Below are positions 29,445 to 37,711 of a stretch of DNA of 64,000 bases, one piece after another. The stretch spans positions 1,305,707 through 1,369,706 of the forward strand of contig CAVXKO010000004.1 in NCBI GenBank assembly GCA_963762315.1, read 5' to 3'. This DNA is from an uncultured Gammaproteobacteria bacterium. GTDB lineage: Bacteria > Pseudomonadota > Gammaproteobacteria > Steroidobacterales > Steroidobacteraceae. The notes beneath the pieces are model-generated. The model was not told where the DNA came from. It worked only from the letters and a program-made list of their open reading frames with translations, and did not search any database. Each line of letters starts with the position of its first letter. Position 1 is the first letter of the stretch. Made by a program: the position numbers and the translations under genes.

Positions 29445-30761
29445 CTACGCGGGACGGATCCCCGTCGCCCGCTCCTCGTCCTGGACGATGCGCTTCGCGC
29501 TGCGGAAGTAGTGCCACGTCGCCCACGCGCCAACGGGCACCAGGCAGAGCATCGCGAGGCGCAGCGACTCACCGTTCGCGACGTGATTCGGCGCGAACGC
29601 GTCGCTCAGGAAGCCCACCAGCTGCGGCGCGACGATAAGGTTGCCCACGTTCGCGACGAATAGCGTCGCGGCGCAGAACTGCGCGCGCATGCGCGGCTCG
29701 CAGAGGTTGTTGAGCAGGCCGAAGCACGGCCCAATGTAGAAGTAGATCGCCGGGATGAAGATCCAGAACAGCCACTGCGCCAGCACCAGCGAGTGCGTCC
29801 AGTAGATGATGCCCGACACGACCGTCGCGATACCGACGCCCCAGCCCATCATGCGCACGATCTTGCGCGGATCCTTCATCGACGGCTGGGCCAGCCACCA
29901 GCTAGTGGCGAGCGTCGCGAGGCCGCCGCCGATCAGGTGGACCGGCCCGAGGATCGAACCTGCCTCGCCCGGCGTCAGCCCGAAATTGCGGATCAGGTAG
30001 GTCGGCGTCCACCACATCAGGCCCCAGCCCCAAAGCGCGGTGAGCGCGCTGGCCACCATCACGTGCACGGCGGAACGCTGCGTCCAGAGAAAACGCATGC
30101 TCTCGGGGAAGGACGCGCCTTCGTGGTCGCCGCCTTTCTTGTCGAGCTGGCCCCGCCGCGGCTCCCGCACCGTGAAGAAGATCAACAGGCCCACGATCAC
30201 GCCGGGAATGCCCAGCACCAGGAACACCGTGCGCCAGTTGTAATGGTCGTTGACGATGCCGGCGATGTCCGCGCCGATCCACGCGCCGATCGGCGCGCCG
30301 AGCGAGAAGACGGTGAGCGCCATCGGGCGTTTCGACTGCGGGAAATAGTCCGAGATGATGGAGTTGGCGCCGGGCGTACCGCCTGCCTCGCCGATGCCCA
30401 CGCCGATGCGGGAGAGCAGCAGCTGGATGTAGTTCTTCGAGAGGCCGCAGAACGCGGTCATCACCGACCACGCGACGAGGCAGAACGCGATGATGTTGCG
30501 CCGGTTGCCACGGTCGATGAGCCAGGAAATCGGAAATCCCAGCACCACGTAGAACAAGGCCAGCGACACGCCGGTGAGGAAGGCAATGCCCGAGTCGGTG
30601 AGCTGCAACTCGAGCCGGATCGGTTCGAGTACGGTCGAGATCACGTAGCGGTCGGCGATGCTGAGCGTGTAGACGAGCACCATCATGATCAGCACGTACC
30701 AGCGCTGCATCGTGGTGCCGACACCCCCGTCCGCCGCCTCAACCTGCGCTTTGGCAGTCAT
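29445..30761 (-). CDS. MFS transporter (spinster-like family)
   Basis: 438 aa, about 12 hydrophobic segments. MFS signature-like DRGNRRNIIAF after TM2. Confidence 0.8.
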   Translation of the reverse strand: MTAKAQVEAADGGVGTTMQRWYVLIMMVLVYTLSIADRYVISTVLEPIRLELQLTDSGIAFLTGVSLALFYVVLGFPISWLIDRGNRRNIIAFCLVAWSVMTAFCGLSKNYIQLLLSRIGVGIGEAGGTPGANSIISDYFPQSKRPMALTVFSLGAPIGAWIGADIAGIVNDHYNWRTVFLVLGIPGVIVGLLIFFTVREPRRGQLDKKGGDHEGASFPESMRFLWTQRSAVHVMVASALTALWGWGLMWWTPTYLIRNFGLTPGEAGSILGPVHLIGGGLATLATSWWLAQPSMKDPRKIVRMMGWGVGIATVVSGIIYWTHSLVLAQWLFWIFIPAIYFYIGPCFGLLNNLCEPRMRAQFCAATLFVANVGNLIVAPQLVGFLSDAFAPNHVANGESLRLAMLCLVPVGAWATWHYFRSAKRIVQDEERATGIRPA

Positions 30762-31041
30762 TCGCTCTCCCCCAGGTCGTTGTTTCTATTCGCCTGTCAC
30801 CGGGATGGAGGGACTTGCCCGCCGGGCGCACGCGATGAGATCTCTTGTACTGAAAATCTGCAGCGGATACCAGCAGTTCCTGCGGTCGCCGGCGCCTTGC
30901 CCGGGCCTCGATTTACCAATATTCCTTTCGGGTCCCGTGATTTTTTTTGCTTGTTCGGGCCGCCAGAGAGCCTTTAGCCTCGCGGCACGATCGATCCGGG
31001 CCGCACAGCGCGAACCCGGCTATTTTCAGGGAGAAGGGCTC

Positions 31042-32007
31042 GTGACGACGGCACGCATCGGCTTCATCGGTCTCGGCAACGTCGGCGCCTCGCTGGCCGG
31101 CAACCTCCTGCGCCACGGCGTCGACCTGACCGTACGAGACATCAACGAGGATGCGGTGGCCTCGTTCGTCGCCAAGGGTGCCAAGCGTGGCACGTCCCCG
31201 AAGGCGATGATGGAGGCCTGCGACATCGTCATCACGTGCCTGCCCTCGCCCGCCATCTCGGCCGAGGTCGTCGAAGGCAAGGATGGGCTGCTCGACGGCA
31301 TCGGCCCGGGCAAGCTCTGGCTCGAGATGAGCACGACCGACTCAGACGAGATCAAGCGCCTCGCGCCGAAGGTCGAGGCCAGGGGCGGCACGGCCATGGA
31401 CTGCCCGGTGTCCGGTGGCTGCCACCGCGCGGCGACGGGCAACATTTCCATTTTCGCGGGCGGCACGCGCGAGGCGTTCGAAAAGGCATTTCCCGTACTG
31501 ACGATCCTCGGGCACCAGATCCTGCACACGGGGCCGATCGGCTCCGCCTCGATGCTGAAGGTCATGACCAACTACCTGTGCACGGTGCACCTGGTGGCGC
31601 TGGCCGAGGCGCTCACGACCTGCAAGGTCATGGGGTTCGACATGAACACGACCTACGAGGCGATCCGCATCTCGTCGGGCAATTCGTTCGTGCACGAGAC
31701 GGAGTCGCAGGTGATCCTGAACGGCAGCCGCGACATCGGCTTCACGATGGACCTCGTGATCAAGGACGTGGGACTGTTCGATGAGCTGGCCACCGAATAC
31801 AAGGTGCCGCTCGAACTGTCGCCGCTGATAGTGAAGATCTTCAAGGACGCCGCGGCCAAGTACGGCCCGCGCGAGAACTCGCCGAACATCATCCGGCGCT
31901 ACGAGGAGCCCTGCGGCGTGAAGGTGCTGGGCACCGGATTCCCCGCGACAATGGTCGACAACAACCCGAAGGAACCGGGCATCGAAGTCGTCCCGACCAA
32001 TCGCTGA
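31042..32007 (+). CDS. NAD(P)-dependent 3-hydroxyisobutyrate dehydrogenase-family oxidoreductase
   Basis: GTG 31042 is preceded by GGAGAAGGG. N-terminus RIGFIGLGNVGASLAGNLLRHG (GxGxxG). Central GGTAMDCPVSGG is typical of the HIBADH/6PGDH NAD-binding family. Confidence 0.75.
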   Translation: MTTARIGFIGLGNVGASLAGNLLRHGVDLTVRDINEDAVASFVAKGAKRGTSPKAMMEACDIVITCLPSPAISAEVVEGKDGLLDGIGPGKLWLEMSTTDSDEIKRLAPKVEARGGTAMDCPVSGGCHRAATGNISIFAGGTREAFEKAFPVLTILGHQILHTGPIGSASMLKVMTNYLCTVHLVALAEALTTCKVMGFDMNTTYEAIRISSGNSFVHETESQVILNGSRDIGFTMDLVIKDVGLFDELATEYKVPLELSPLIVKIFKDAAAKYGPRENSPNIIRRYEEPCGVKVLGTGFPATMVDNNPKEPGIEVVPTNR

Positions 32008-32013
32008 GGTTCG

Positions 32014-32340
32014 GCTCCCTCTCCCGTTTACGGGAGAGGGCACGAGCATCGACGCGAGAGCGGCGATGCGAGGGGTGAGGGTCCGGAGCCCTCACCCGCG
32101 CTACGCGCGACCTCTCCCGCAAGCGGGAGAGGTGAAAGATTCCCTCTCCCGTTTACGGGAGAGGGCACGAGCATCGACGCGAGAGCGGCGATGCGAAGGG
32201 TGAGGGTCCGGAGCCCTCACCCGCGCCACGCGCGACCTCTCCCGCAAGCGGGAGAGGTAAAGATACCCTCACCCGCGCTACGCCCGACCTCTCCCGCAAG
32301 CGGGAGAGGTGAGGAAGCTCTCCCGCAAGCGGGAGAGGTG
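32014..32340. repeat. REP/BIME-like array: two full 125-bp units plus partial units, built from three hairpin types
   Basis: Units start at 32017 and 32142 and are nearly identical. Hairpins are CCCTCTCCCG-TTTA-CGGGAGAGGG, GTGAGGG-N7-CCCTCAC and CCTCTCCCGC-AA-GCGGGAGAGG (the last occurs 4 times). The array fills the gap between two convergent genes. Confidence 0.85.
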
Positions 32341-32349
32341 AAGACGCTC

Positions 32350-33219
32350 TTACCGGAAGATCACCGTCCGGCTGCCGTTGAGGAACACGCGATGTTCCGT
32401 GTCCAGCCGCACCGCCCGCGACAACGCTCGGCGCTCCGAATCCCGGCCCGCGGCCACCAGCATGTCCGGCGTATACGCATGATCCACGTGCTCGACGATC
32501 TGCTCGATGATCGGGCCTTCGTCGAGATCCGCCGTCACGTAGTGCGCCGTGGCGCCGATGACCTTCACGCCGCGGTCGTACGCCTGGTGGTACGGCTTGG
32601 CGCCCTTGAAGCCCGGCAGGAACGAATGGTGGATGTTGATCGCGCGGCCGCGCAGCTTGCCGCACAGGTCGTCCGAGAGGATCTGCATGTAGCGCGCCAG
32701 CACCACGAGATCCGTCTTCGTGGAGTCGATCAGTTCGAGCAGCTTCTGCTCCTGCTGGGGCTTCGTCTGCGGCGTGACCGGCAGGTGGAAGAACGGGATG
32801 CGATGCTGCGCCGCCGTCGGCTGCAGCGTGACGTGGTTCGAAACGATGGCCGTGATGTCCATCTTCAGCTCGCCGATGCGGTGGCGGTAAAGCAGGTCCT
32901 CGAGGCAGTGGTCGTAGTTCGACACCATGATCAGCACGCGGGCGCGCTGGCTGGAATCGTGGATCTGCCACTCCATGTCCTCGGCGTCCGCGACGGCCTG
33001 GAACTCGGCGCGCAGCTTCGCGAGATCGACCGGCTCGCCCACCACGCCGCAGAACGTGACGCGGACGAAGAAGCGCTGGGAGATCGTGTCGTCGAACTGC
33101 TGCATCTCGACGATGTAGAAACGCCGGCTGGCGAGGAACGCCGTGACGCGGGCCGTGGTGCCCATGCGGCTGGCGCAGGTGGCGGTCAGGACGTACGGGT
33201 GCTCGATGTTGAAACTCAT
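32350..33219 (-). CDS. purU: Formyltetrahydrofolate deformylase
   Basis: ACT-like N-domain, then ARYMQILSDDLCGKLRGRAINIHHSFLPGFKGAKPYHQAYDRGVKVIGATAHYVTADLDEGPII (formyl-transferase core). ATG at 33219. Confidence 0.9.
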   Translation of the reverse strand: MSFNIEHPYVLTATCASRMGTTARVTAFLASRRFYIVEMQQFDDTISQRFFVRVTFCGVVGEPVDLAKLRAEFQAVADAEDMEWQIHDSSQRARVLIMVSNYDHCLEDLLYRHRIGELKMDITAIVSNHVTLQPTAAQHRIPFFHLPVTPQTKPQQEQKLLELIDSTKTDLVVLARYMQILSDDLCGKLRGRAINIHHSFLPGFKGAKPYHQAYDRGVKVIGATAHYVTADLDEGPIIEQIVEHVDHAYTPDMLVAAGRDSERRALSRAVRLDTEHRVFLNGSRTVIFR

Positions 33220-33601
33220 GCCTCGCGCTCCAGCGGGCCCCAGCGGGGTCCGGTCGATTGTGCTGGGCGCGGAGATTGTCAGAATGCGACGCGTGGGCGC
33301 AAGCAACTTCGCGACGGAATCTTCTCCGCACGCGACGTGCCCGGGCTCCGGTAGAAAGCATGGACCCAGCGAAAAAAACGATTTGCGCCATGCCTCTCGC
33401 AGGCGCGCGGCCTTGCGGCGCGCCGACCGGCATCCGCAGCGATCCGGCCCCCTTTACAGTACCGGGCAAATGTCGCAAGGTGACAAGTGCATGTCGCCGC
33501 GGCACCACTTGTGGCCGTGGCGTGACCGTAACATCGCGCAACATCCCGGGGTTCGTCCCGGTACCTGCGCGCGACCGATCAGAGCCCGGAGTAAACGAGC
33601 G

Positions 33602-34303
33602 ATGAGTGACGAGCAATCGGAAGCATTCGACCTCAACAGCCTGAACGACCAGGAACTGACCGAGCAGGTCCACGACGACCTCTACAACGGCCTGAAGGAC
33701 GAGGTCGTCGAGGCGACGAACCTGTTCCTGCAGCGCGGCTGGGGGCCCGACAAGGTCCTCAACGACGCTCTGGTCGAAGGCATGCGCATCGTCGGCATCG
33801 ACTTCCGTGACGGCATCCTGTTCGTCCCCGAGGTGCTGCTCGCCGCCAACGCCATGAAGGCGGGCATGGAGATCCTGCGCCCCCTCCTCGCCGAGACCGG
33901 CGCGGAACCCATCGGCAAGGTCGTGATCGGCACCGTCAAGGGCGACATCCACGACATCGGCAAGAACCTCGTCTCGATGATGCTCGAGGGCGCCGGCTTC
34001 GAAGTGATCAACATCGGCATCAACAACCCGGTCGAGAACTACCTCGCAGCGCTCGAAGAGCACCAGCCGGACATCCTCGGCATGTCCGCGCTGCTCACGA
34101 CGACGATGCCGTACATGAAGGTCGTCATCGACACGCTCAAGCAGAAGGGCCTGCGCGACAAATACATCGTGCTCGTCGGCGGAGCCCCTCTCAACGAGGA
34201 GTTCGCCACGGCCGTCGGCGCGGACGCCTATTGCCGCGACGCTGCCGTCGCCGTGGAGACCGCCAAGGCACTGATTGCCGCGCGTCGCGCCGCGGCGCGC
34301 TGA
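33602..34303 (+). CDS. Cobalamin-binding corrinoid protein (MtbC/MtgC-like: B12-binding_2 cap plus Rossmann B12-binding domain)
   Basis: DxHxxG motif in GTVKGDIHDIGKNLV; downstream MSALLTTT and VLVGGAPL motifs. 233 aa. Confidence 0.85.
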   Translation: MSDEQSEAFDLNSLNDQELTEQVHDDLYNGLKDEVVEATNLFLQRGWGPDKVLNDALVEGMRIVGIDFRDGILFVPEVLLAANAMKAGMEILRPLLAETGAEPIGKVVIGTVKGDIHDIGKNLVSMMLEGAGFEVINIGINNPVENYLAALEEHQPDILGMSALLTTTMPYMKVVIDTLKQKGLRDKYIVLVGGAPLNEEFATAVGADAYCRDAAVAVETAKALIAARRAAAR

Positions 34304-34311
34304 CGTGGTCG

Positions 34312-34959
34312 ATGTCGAGTGACGCGCCCGTCCTGATCATCGCCTGCGGAGCACTCGCCCGCGAGATCGTGGCGTTGAAGCGCGTCAACGGCTGGTCGGG
34401 GATGGACGTGCAGTGCCTACCGCCGGAGTTGCACAACCGTCCCGAACAGATTCCAGCGGCCGTGCAGCAAGCGATCGACGAAGCGCGCGGCCGTCATGCC
34501 CGCATCTTCGTTGCGTACGCGGACTGCGGCACAGGCGGCAGGCTGGACGCCGTGCTGCAGGCCGAAGGCATCGAACGGCTGCCGGGCGCGCACTGCTACG
34601 AGTTCTACGCCTCGTCCGCGGCGTTCGAGAAGCTGGCCGACGAGGAACCCGGCACGTTCTACCTGACGGACTTCCTGGTGCGCCACTTCGACCGCCTAGT
34701 GATCGAGGGCCTCGGGATCGACAGGCACCCGGAGCTGACCGGCGAGTACTTCCGCAACTACCGGCGGCTCGTCTACCTCGTGCAATCGCAAGACGCGGAA
34801 CTGTCCGCAGCGGCGCGAGTCGCGGCGGGAAAACTCGGACTGGCCTATGAAGAACGCCACACCGGCTACGGTGAACTCGCGACGGGCCTCGAGTCCGCCG
34901 TGCGTCCGTCGAACGGGCCGTCCACGGGCACTGAAAAGAGGGTTGCATGGCATCGTTGA
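34312..34959 (+). CDS. DUF1638-like protein (family that co-occurs with corrinoid methyltransferase systems)
   Basis: VLIIACGALAREI...VQCLPPELHNRPEQIP...YADCGTGG...PGAHCYEF pattern as I recall for DUF1638. Starts 9 nt after the corrinoid gene stop. Confidence 0.6.
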   Translation: MSSDAPVLIIACGALAREIVALKRVNGWSGMDVQCLPPELHNRPEQIPAAVQQAIDEARGRHARIFVAYADCGTGGRLDAVLQAEGIERLPGAHCYEFYASSAAFEKLADEEPGTFYLTDFLVRHFDRLVIEGLGIDRHPELTGEYFRNYRRLVYLVQSQDAELSAAARVAAGKLGLAYEERHTGYGELATGLESAVRPSNGPSTGTEKRVAWHR

Positions 34960-35297
34960 TCATCATTTCCTGGCGTGACGTCCCGGCCCAGGTCATCGTG
35001 AAGCGCGGCCGGGAGGTTGCGAAAGTGCAGCTCTCGATGCGCTTCCAGGAAGCAGTCGATCGCGCCGCCATGCGCGCCGGCCGCGGCAGCTCCGACGCCT
35101 ATCTCGAGGATTGGCAGCGCAGCCCGCCGACCCCCTGTGGCGACGACCTCCGGGCCGAGGCCGACAAGGCCGCGGCGGACATCGAAGCCCGGTACACGGA
35201 TGACGACCTCCTGCGCCTGATCCGCGCCAAGGGCATCGACGAGAACAAGGCGCAGGGGGCACCTGCGAGCCCCGCCACGGACAGCGGGTCGCCCTGA
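34947..35297 (+). CDS. Small conserved protein of unknown function (resembles the family often auto-annotated 'virulence factor' next to MetV/MetF)
   Basis: 116 aa, MASLIIISWRDVPAQVIVKRGREVAKVQLSMRFQEAVDRAAMRAG. Overlaps the upstream gene by 13 nt and shares one base (TGATG) with the downstream gene, which implies translation within the operon. Confidence 0.4.
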   Translation: MASLIIISWRDVPAQVIVKRGREVAKVQLSMRFQEAVDRAAMRAGRGSSDAYLEDWQRSPPTPCGDDLRAEADKAAADIEARYTDDDLLRLIRAKGIDENKAQGAPASPATDSGSP

Positions 35298-35755
35298 TGT
35301 ACGCGGTGCGCCTCTGGTCCGTGCGCCATGCGCGAGGCCTCTCGCGCGTCTACGCGGGATTCGAATCCGTGCTGATGAAGCTCGCCCCGTTGTTCGAGAA
35401 GATCGGCTACCAGCGCATGGAGCGCCCGGTGGCGGCGGTCGAGCATGCGGTCAAGGGCCTGCTGTTCGACTGCAAGATGTGCGGTCGCTGCGTGCTCAGC
35501 TCGACCGGCCTCTCCTGCCCGATGAACTGCCCCAAGCAGCTGCGCAACGGCCCTTGCGGCGGTGTGCGCGCCAACGGCAACTGCGAAGTGAAGCCCGAGA
35601 TGCGCTGCGTGTGGGTCGAGGCGTGGCAAGGCGCCGAGAGGATCCCGGGCGGCCTCGAGGCGATCAGCGTCGTGCAGGCGCCGGTCGACCGGCGGCTCGA
35701 AGGCACGTCTGCGTGGCTGCGCGTCGCTCGCGAGAAGAGCGGAGCCGCCAAGTGA
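35297..35755 (+). CDS. Methylenetetrahydrofolate reductase C-terminal-domain protein (MetV-like, Cys-rich)
   Basis: CKMCGRCVLSSTGLSCPMNCPKQLRNGPCGGV cysteine cluster typical of MTHFR_C / MetV. 152 aa. Confidence 0.7.
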   Translation: MYAVRLWSVRHARGLSRVYAGFESVLMKLAPLFEKIGYQRMERPVAAVEHAVKGLLFDCKMCGRCVLSSTGLSCPMNCPKQLRNGPCGGVRANGNCEVKPEMRCVWVEAWQGAERIPGGLEAISVVQAPVDRRLEGTSAWLRVAREKSGAAK

Positions 35756-35833
35756 TCTTCGAAGACGAGCCGGTACCGGGCTACCCGCTGCCGATCCTGC
35801 CCGGGCACACCTCGCCCGGGCCGGTTCGAGCGC

Positions 35834-36772
35834 GTGTTGCGCGCCGGTGCGTTCGCCATCACGGCGGAACTCGCGCCGCCGGACTCCGCCGATCCCGACG
35901 AAGTCTACAAGCGGGCTCGGGTATTCGACGGCTACGTCGACGCCATCAATGCGACGGACGGCAGCGGCGCGAACTGCCACATGTCGAGCATGGCCGTGTG
36001 CGCCCTGCTCACCCGCGTCGGCTACGCGCCGGTGATGCAGATCTCCTGCCGCGACAAGAACCGCATCGCCATCCAGGGCGACATCCTCGGTGGGGCCGCG
36101 ATGGGTGTCTGCAACATGCTTTGCCTGACGGGCGACGGCGTGCAGGCCGGCGACCACCCGCAGGCCAAGGCCGTGTTCGACCTCGATTCGGTGTCGCTGC
36201 TCGGCATCGCGCGCGGCCTGCGCGACGACCACCATTTCGAAAGCGGGCGCAAAGTCACTTTCGCGCCGCGCGTGTTCTTCGGCGCGGCCGAGAATCCGAG
36301 TGTGCCGCCCGTCGAGCACCGCATGCGCCGACTGGCCAAGAAGGTGGCGGCCGGCGCGCAGTTCATCCAGACGCAGTACTGCTACGACATGGACCTGCTG
36401 CGCGCGTTCATGAAAGGCGTCGAGGATGCCGGGTTGCTCGACAAGGTGTTCATCCTGATCGGCGTCGGGCCGCTGCGCTCCGCCAAGGCCGCCGACTGGA
36501 TGCGCACCAACGTCCCGGGCATCCACATTCCGGACGCCATCGTAAACCGCCTGAAAGGCGCGCAGGACCAGGCCCGCGAAGGCCGCGACCTCTGCGTCGA
36601 CCTCATCCAGGAAGCCCGCTCCATCAAGGGCGTGGCCGGCGTCCACGTCATGGCCTACCGGCAGGAGGAATCCGTCGCCGAGGTCATCGACCGCTCGGGC
36701 GTCCTCGGCGGCCGCGTGCCGTGGTACCCGGGCCGCGACGCACAGATCAACGAAGACAGGAAGACATCATGA
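35834..36772 (+). CDS. metF: Methylenetetrahydrofolate reductase (MetF-type catalytic subunit); the true start may be GTG 35752 if a frameshift near 35818 is corrected
   Basis: AFAITAELAPPDSADP...YVDAINATDGSGA...QISCRDKNRIA...LCLTGDG...AQFIQTQYCYD are MTHFR TIM-barrel motifs. The only in-frame start is GTG 35834, which would cut the conserved RFERVLRAG segment. Confidence 0.8.
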   Translation: MLRAGAFAITAELAPPDSADPDEVYKRARVFDGYVDAINATDGSGANCHMSSMAVCALLTRVGYAPVMQISCRDKNRIAIQGDILGGAAMGVCNMLCLTGDGVQAGDHPQAKAVFDLDSVSLLGIARGLRDDHHFESGRKVTFAPRVFFGAAENPSVPPVEHRMRRLAKKVAAGAQFIQTQYCYDMDLLRAFMKGVEDAGLLDKVFILIGVGPLRSAKAADWMRTNVPGIHIPDAIVNRLKGAQDQAREGRDLCVDLIQEARSIKGVAGVHVMAYRQEESVAEVIDRSGVLGGRVPWYPGRDAQINEDRKTS

Positions 36773-37695
36773 CCGACACCGTCATCAGCTCCGCGACCCG
36801 CGAGGTCGTCATCGGCTTCGATCGCCCGTTCGTCATCATCGGCGAGCGCATCAACCCGACCGGCCGCAAGCTGCTCGCCGCGGAAATGGCCGCCGGCGAC
36901 TTCAGCCGCGTCGAATCCGATGCGCTGGCGCAGGTTGCGGCCGGCGCCCACATGCTCGACGTCAATGCCGGCATCCCGCTCGCCGACGAGCCCGCCATCC
37001 TCGCCAAGGCCGTGCAGCTGGTGCAGTCGATCACCGACGTGCCGCTCTCGATCGACTCCTCGATCGTCGCCGCGCTCGCTGCCGGCCTCGCGGTCTACAA
37101 GGGCAAGGCGCTGGTGAACTCGGTGACGGGCGAAGAAGATCGCCTCGAGACGGTGCTGCCCCTGGTCAAGAAGTACGGCGCGGCGGTCGTCGCCATCTCG
37201 AACGACGAGACCGGCATCTCCGAAGACCCGGACGTGCGCTTCGAGGTGGCGAAGAAGATCGTGCACCGCGCGATGGACCACGGCATCCCGGCGTCCGACG
37301 TCGTCGTCGACCCGCTCGTGATGCCGATCGGCGCCATCAACCAGGCCGGCGTGCAGGTCATGCGCCTCGTGAAGCGGCTCAAGGACGAACTGAAGGTCAA
37401 CACGACCTGCGGCGCCTCGAACGTCAGCTTCGGCCTGCCCGCGCGCGACGGCATCAACAGCGGCTTCCTCACGATGGCCATCGCTTCGGGCCTGACGTCC
37501 GCGATCACCAACCCGCTGCACGGCGACATCGTCCGCGCCTGCATGGCCGCGGACGTGATGATGGGTCACGACCCGGACTGTGCGCGCTGGATCCGCCGGT
37601 TCCGCGAAGTCCCGGCTCCGGGTGCCCCGGGCGCAGGCGGCGACGCGCCGCGCGGCCGCCGCGAAGGCGGACACCGTCGCCGTCCCACCCCTTGA
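36769..37695 (+). CDS. Pterin-binding methyltetrahydrofolate:corrinoid methyltransferase (MtrH/AcsE/MetH-pterin-domain family)
   Basis: FVIIGERINPTGRKLL, LDVNAG, SIDSS, ALVNSVTGE and CGASNVSFGLP motifs. The ATG overlaps the metF stop (ATGA). Confidence 0.8.
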   Translation: MTDTVISSATREVVIGFDRPFVIIGERINPTGRKLLAAEMAAGDFSRVESDALAQVAAGAHMLDVNAGIPLADEPAILAKAVQLVQSITDVPLSIDSSIVAALAAGLAVYKGKALVNSVTGEEDRLETVLPLVKKYGAAVVAISNDETGISEDPDVRFEVAKKIVHRAMDHGIPASDVVVDPLVMPIGAINQAGVQVMRLVKRLKDELKVNTTCGASNVSFGLPARDGINSGFLTMAIASGLTSAITNPLHGDIVRACMAADVMMGHDPDCARWIRRFREVPAPGAPGAGGDAPRGRREGGHRRRPTP

Positions 37696-37711
37696 GCCTG
37701 AGGCAGATCGC

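Noticed and set aside
32014-32340. A CRISPR array.
   Set aside because: The repeats are strongly self-complementary hairpins of several types, and the intervening segments are themselves repeated. There is no unique-spacer structure and no cas genes.
35479-37695. A 738-aa ORF spanning metV, metF and the pterin methyltransferase.
   Set aside because: Only its last third (36769..37695) matches a protein family. The upstream part is an open alternative frame across metV/metF with low-complexity Arg/Pro/Gly content.
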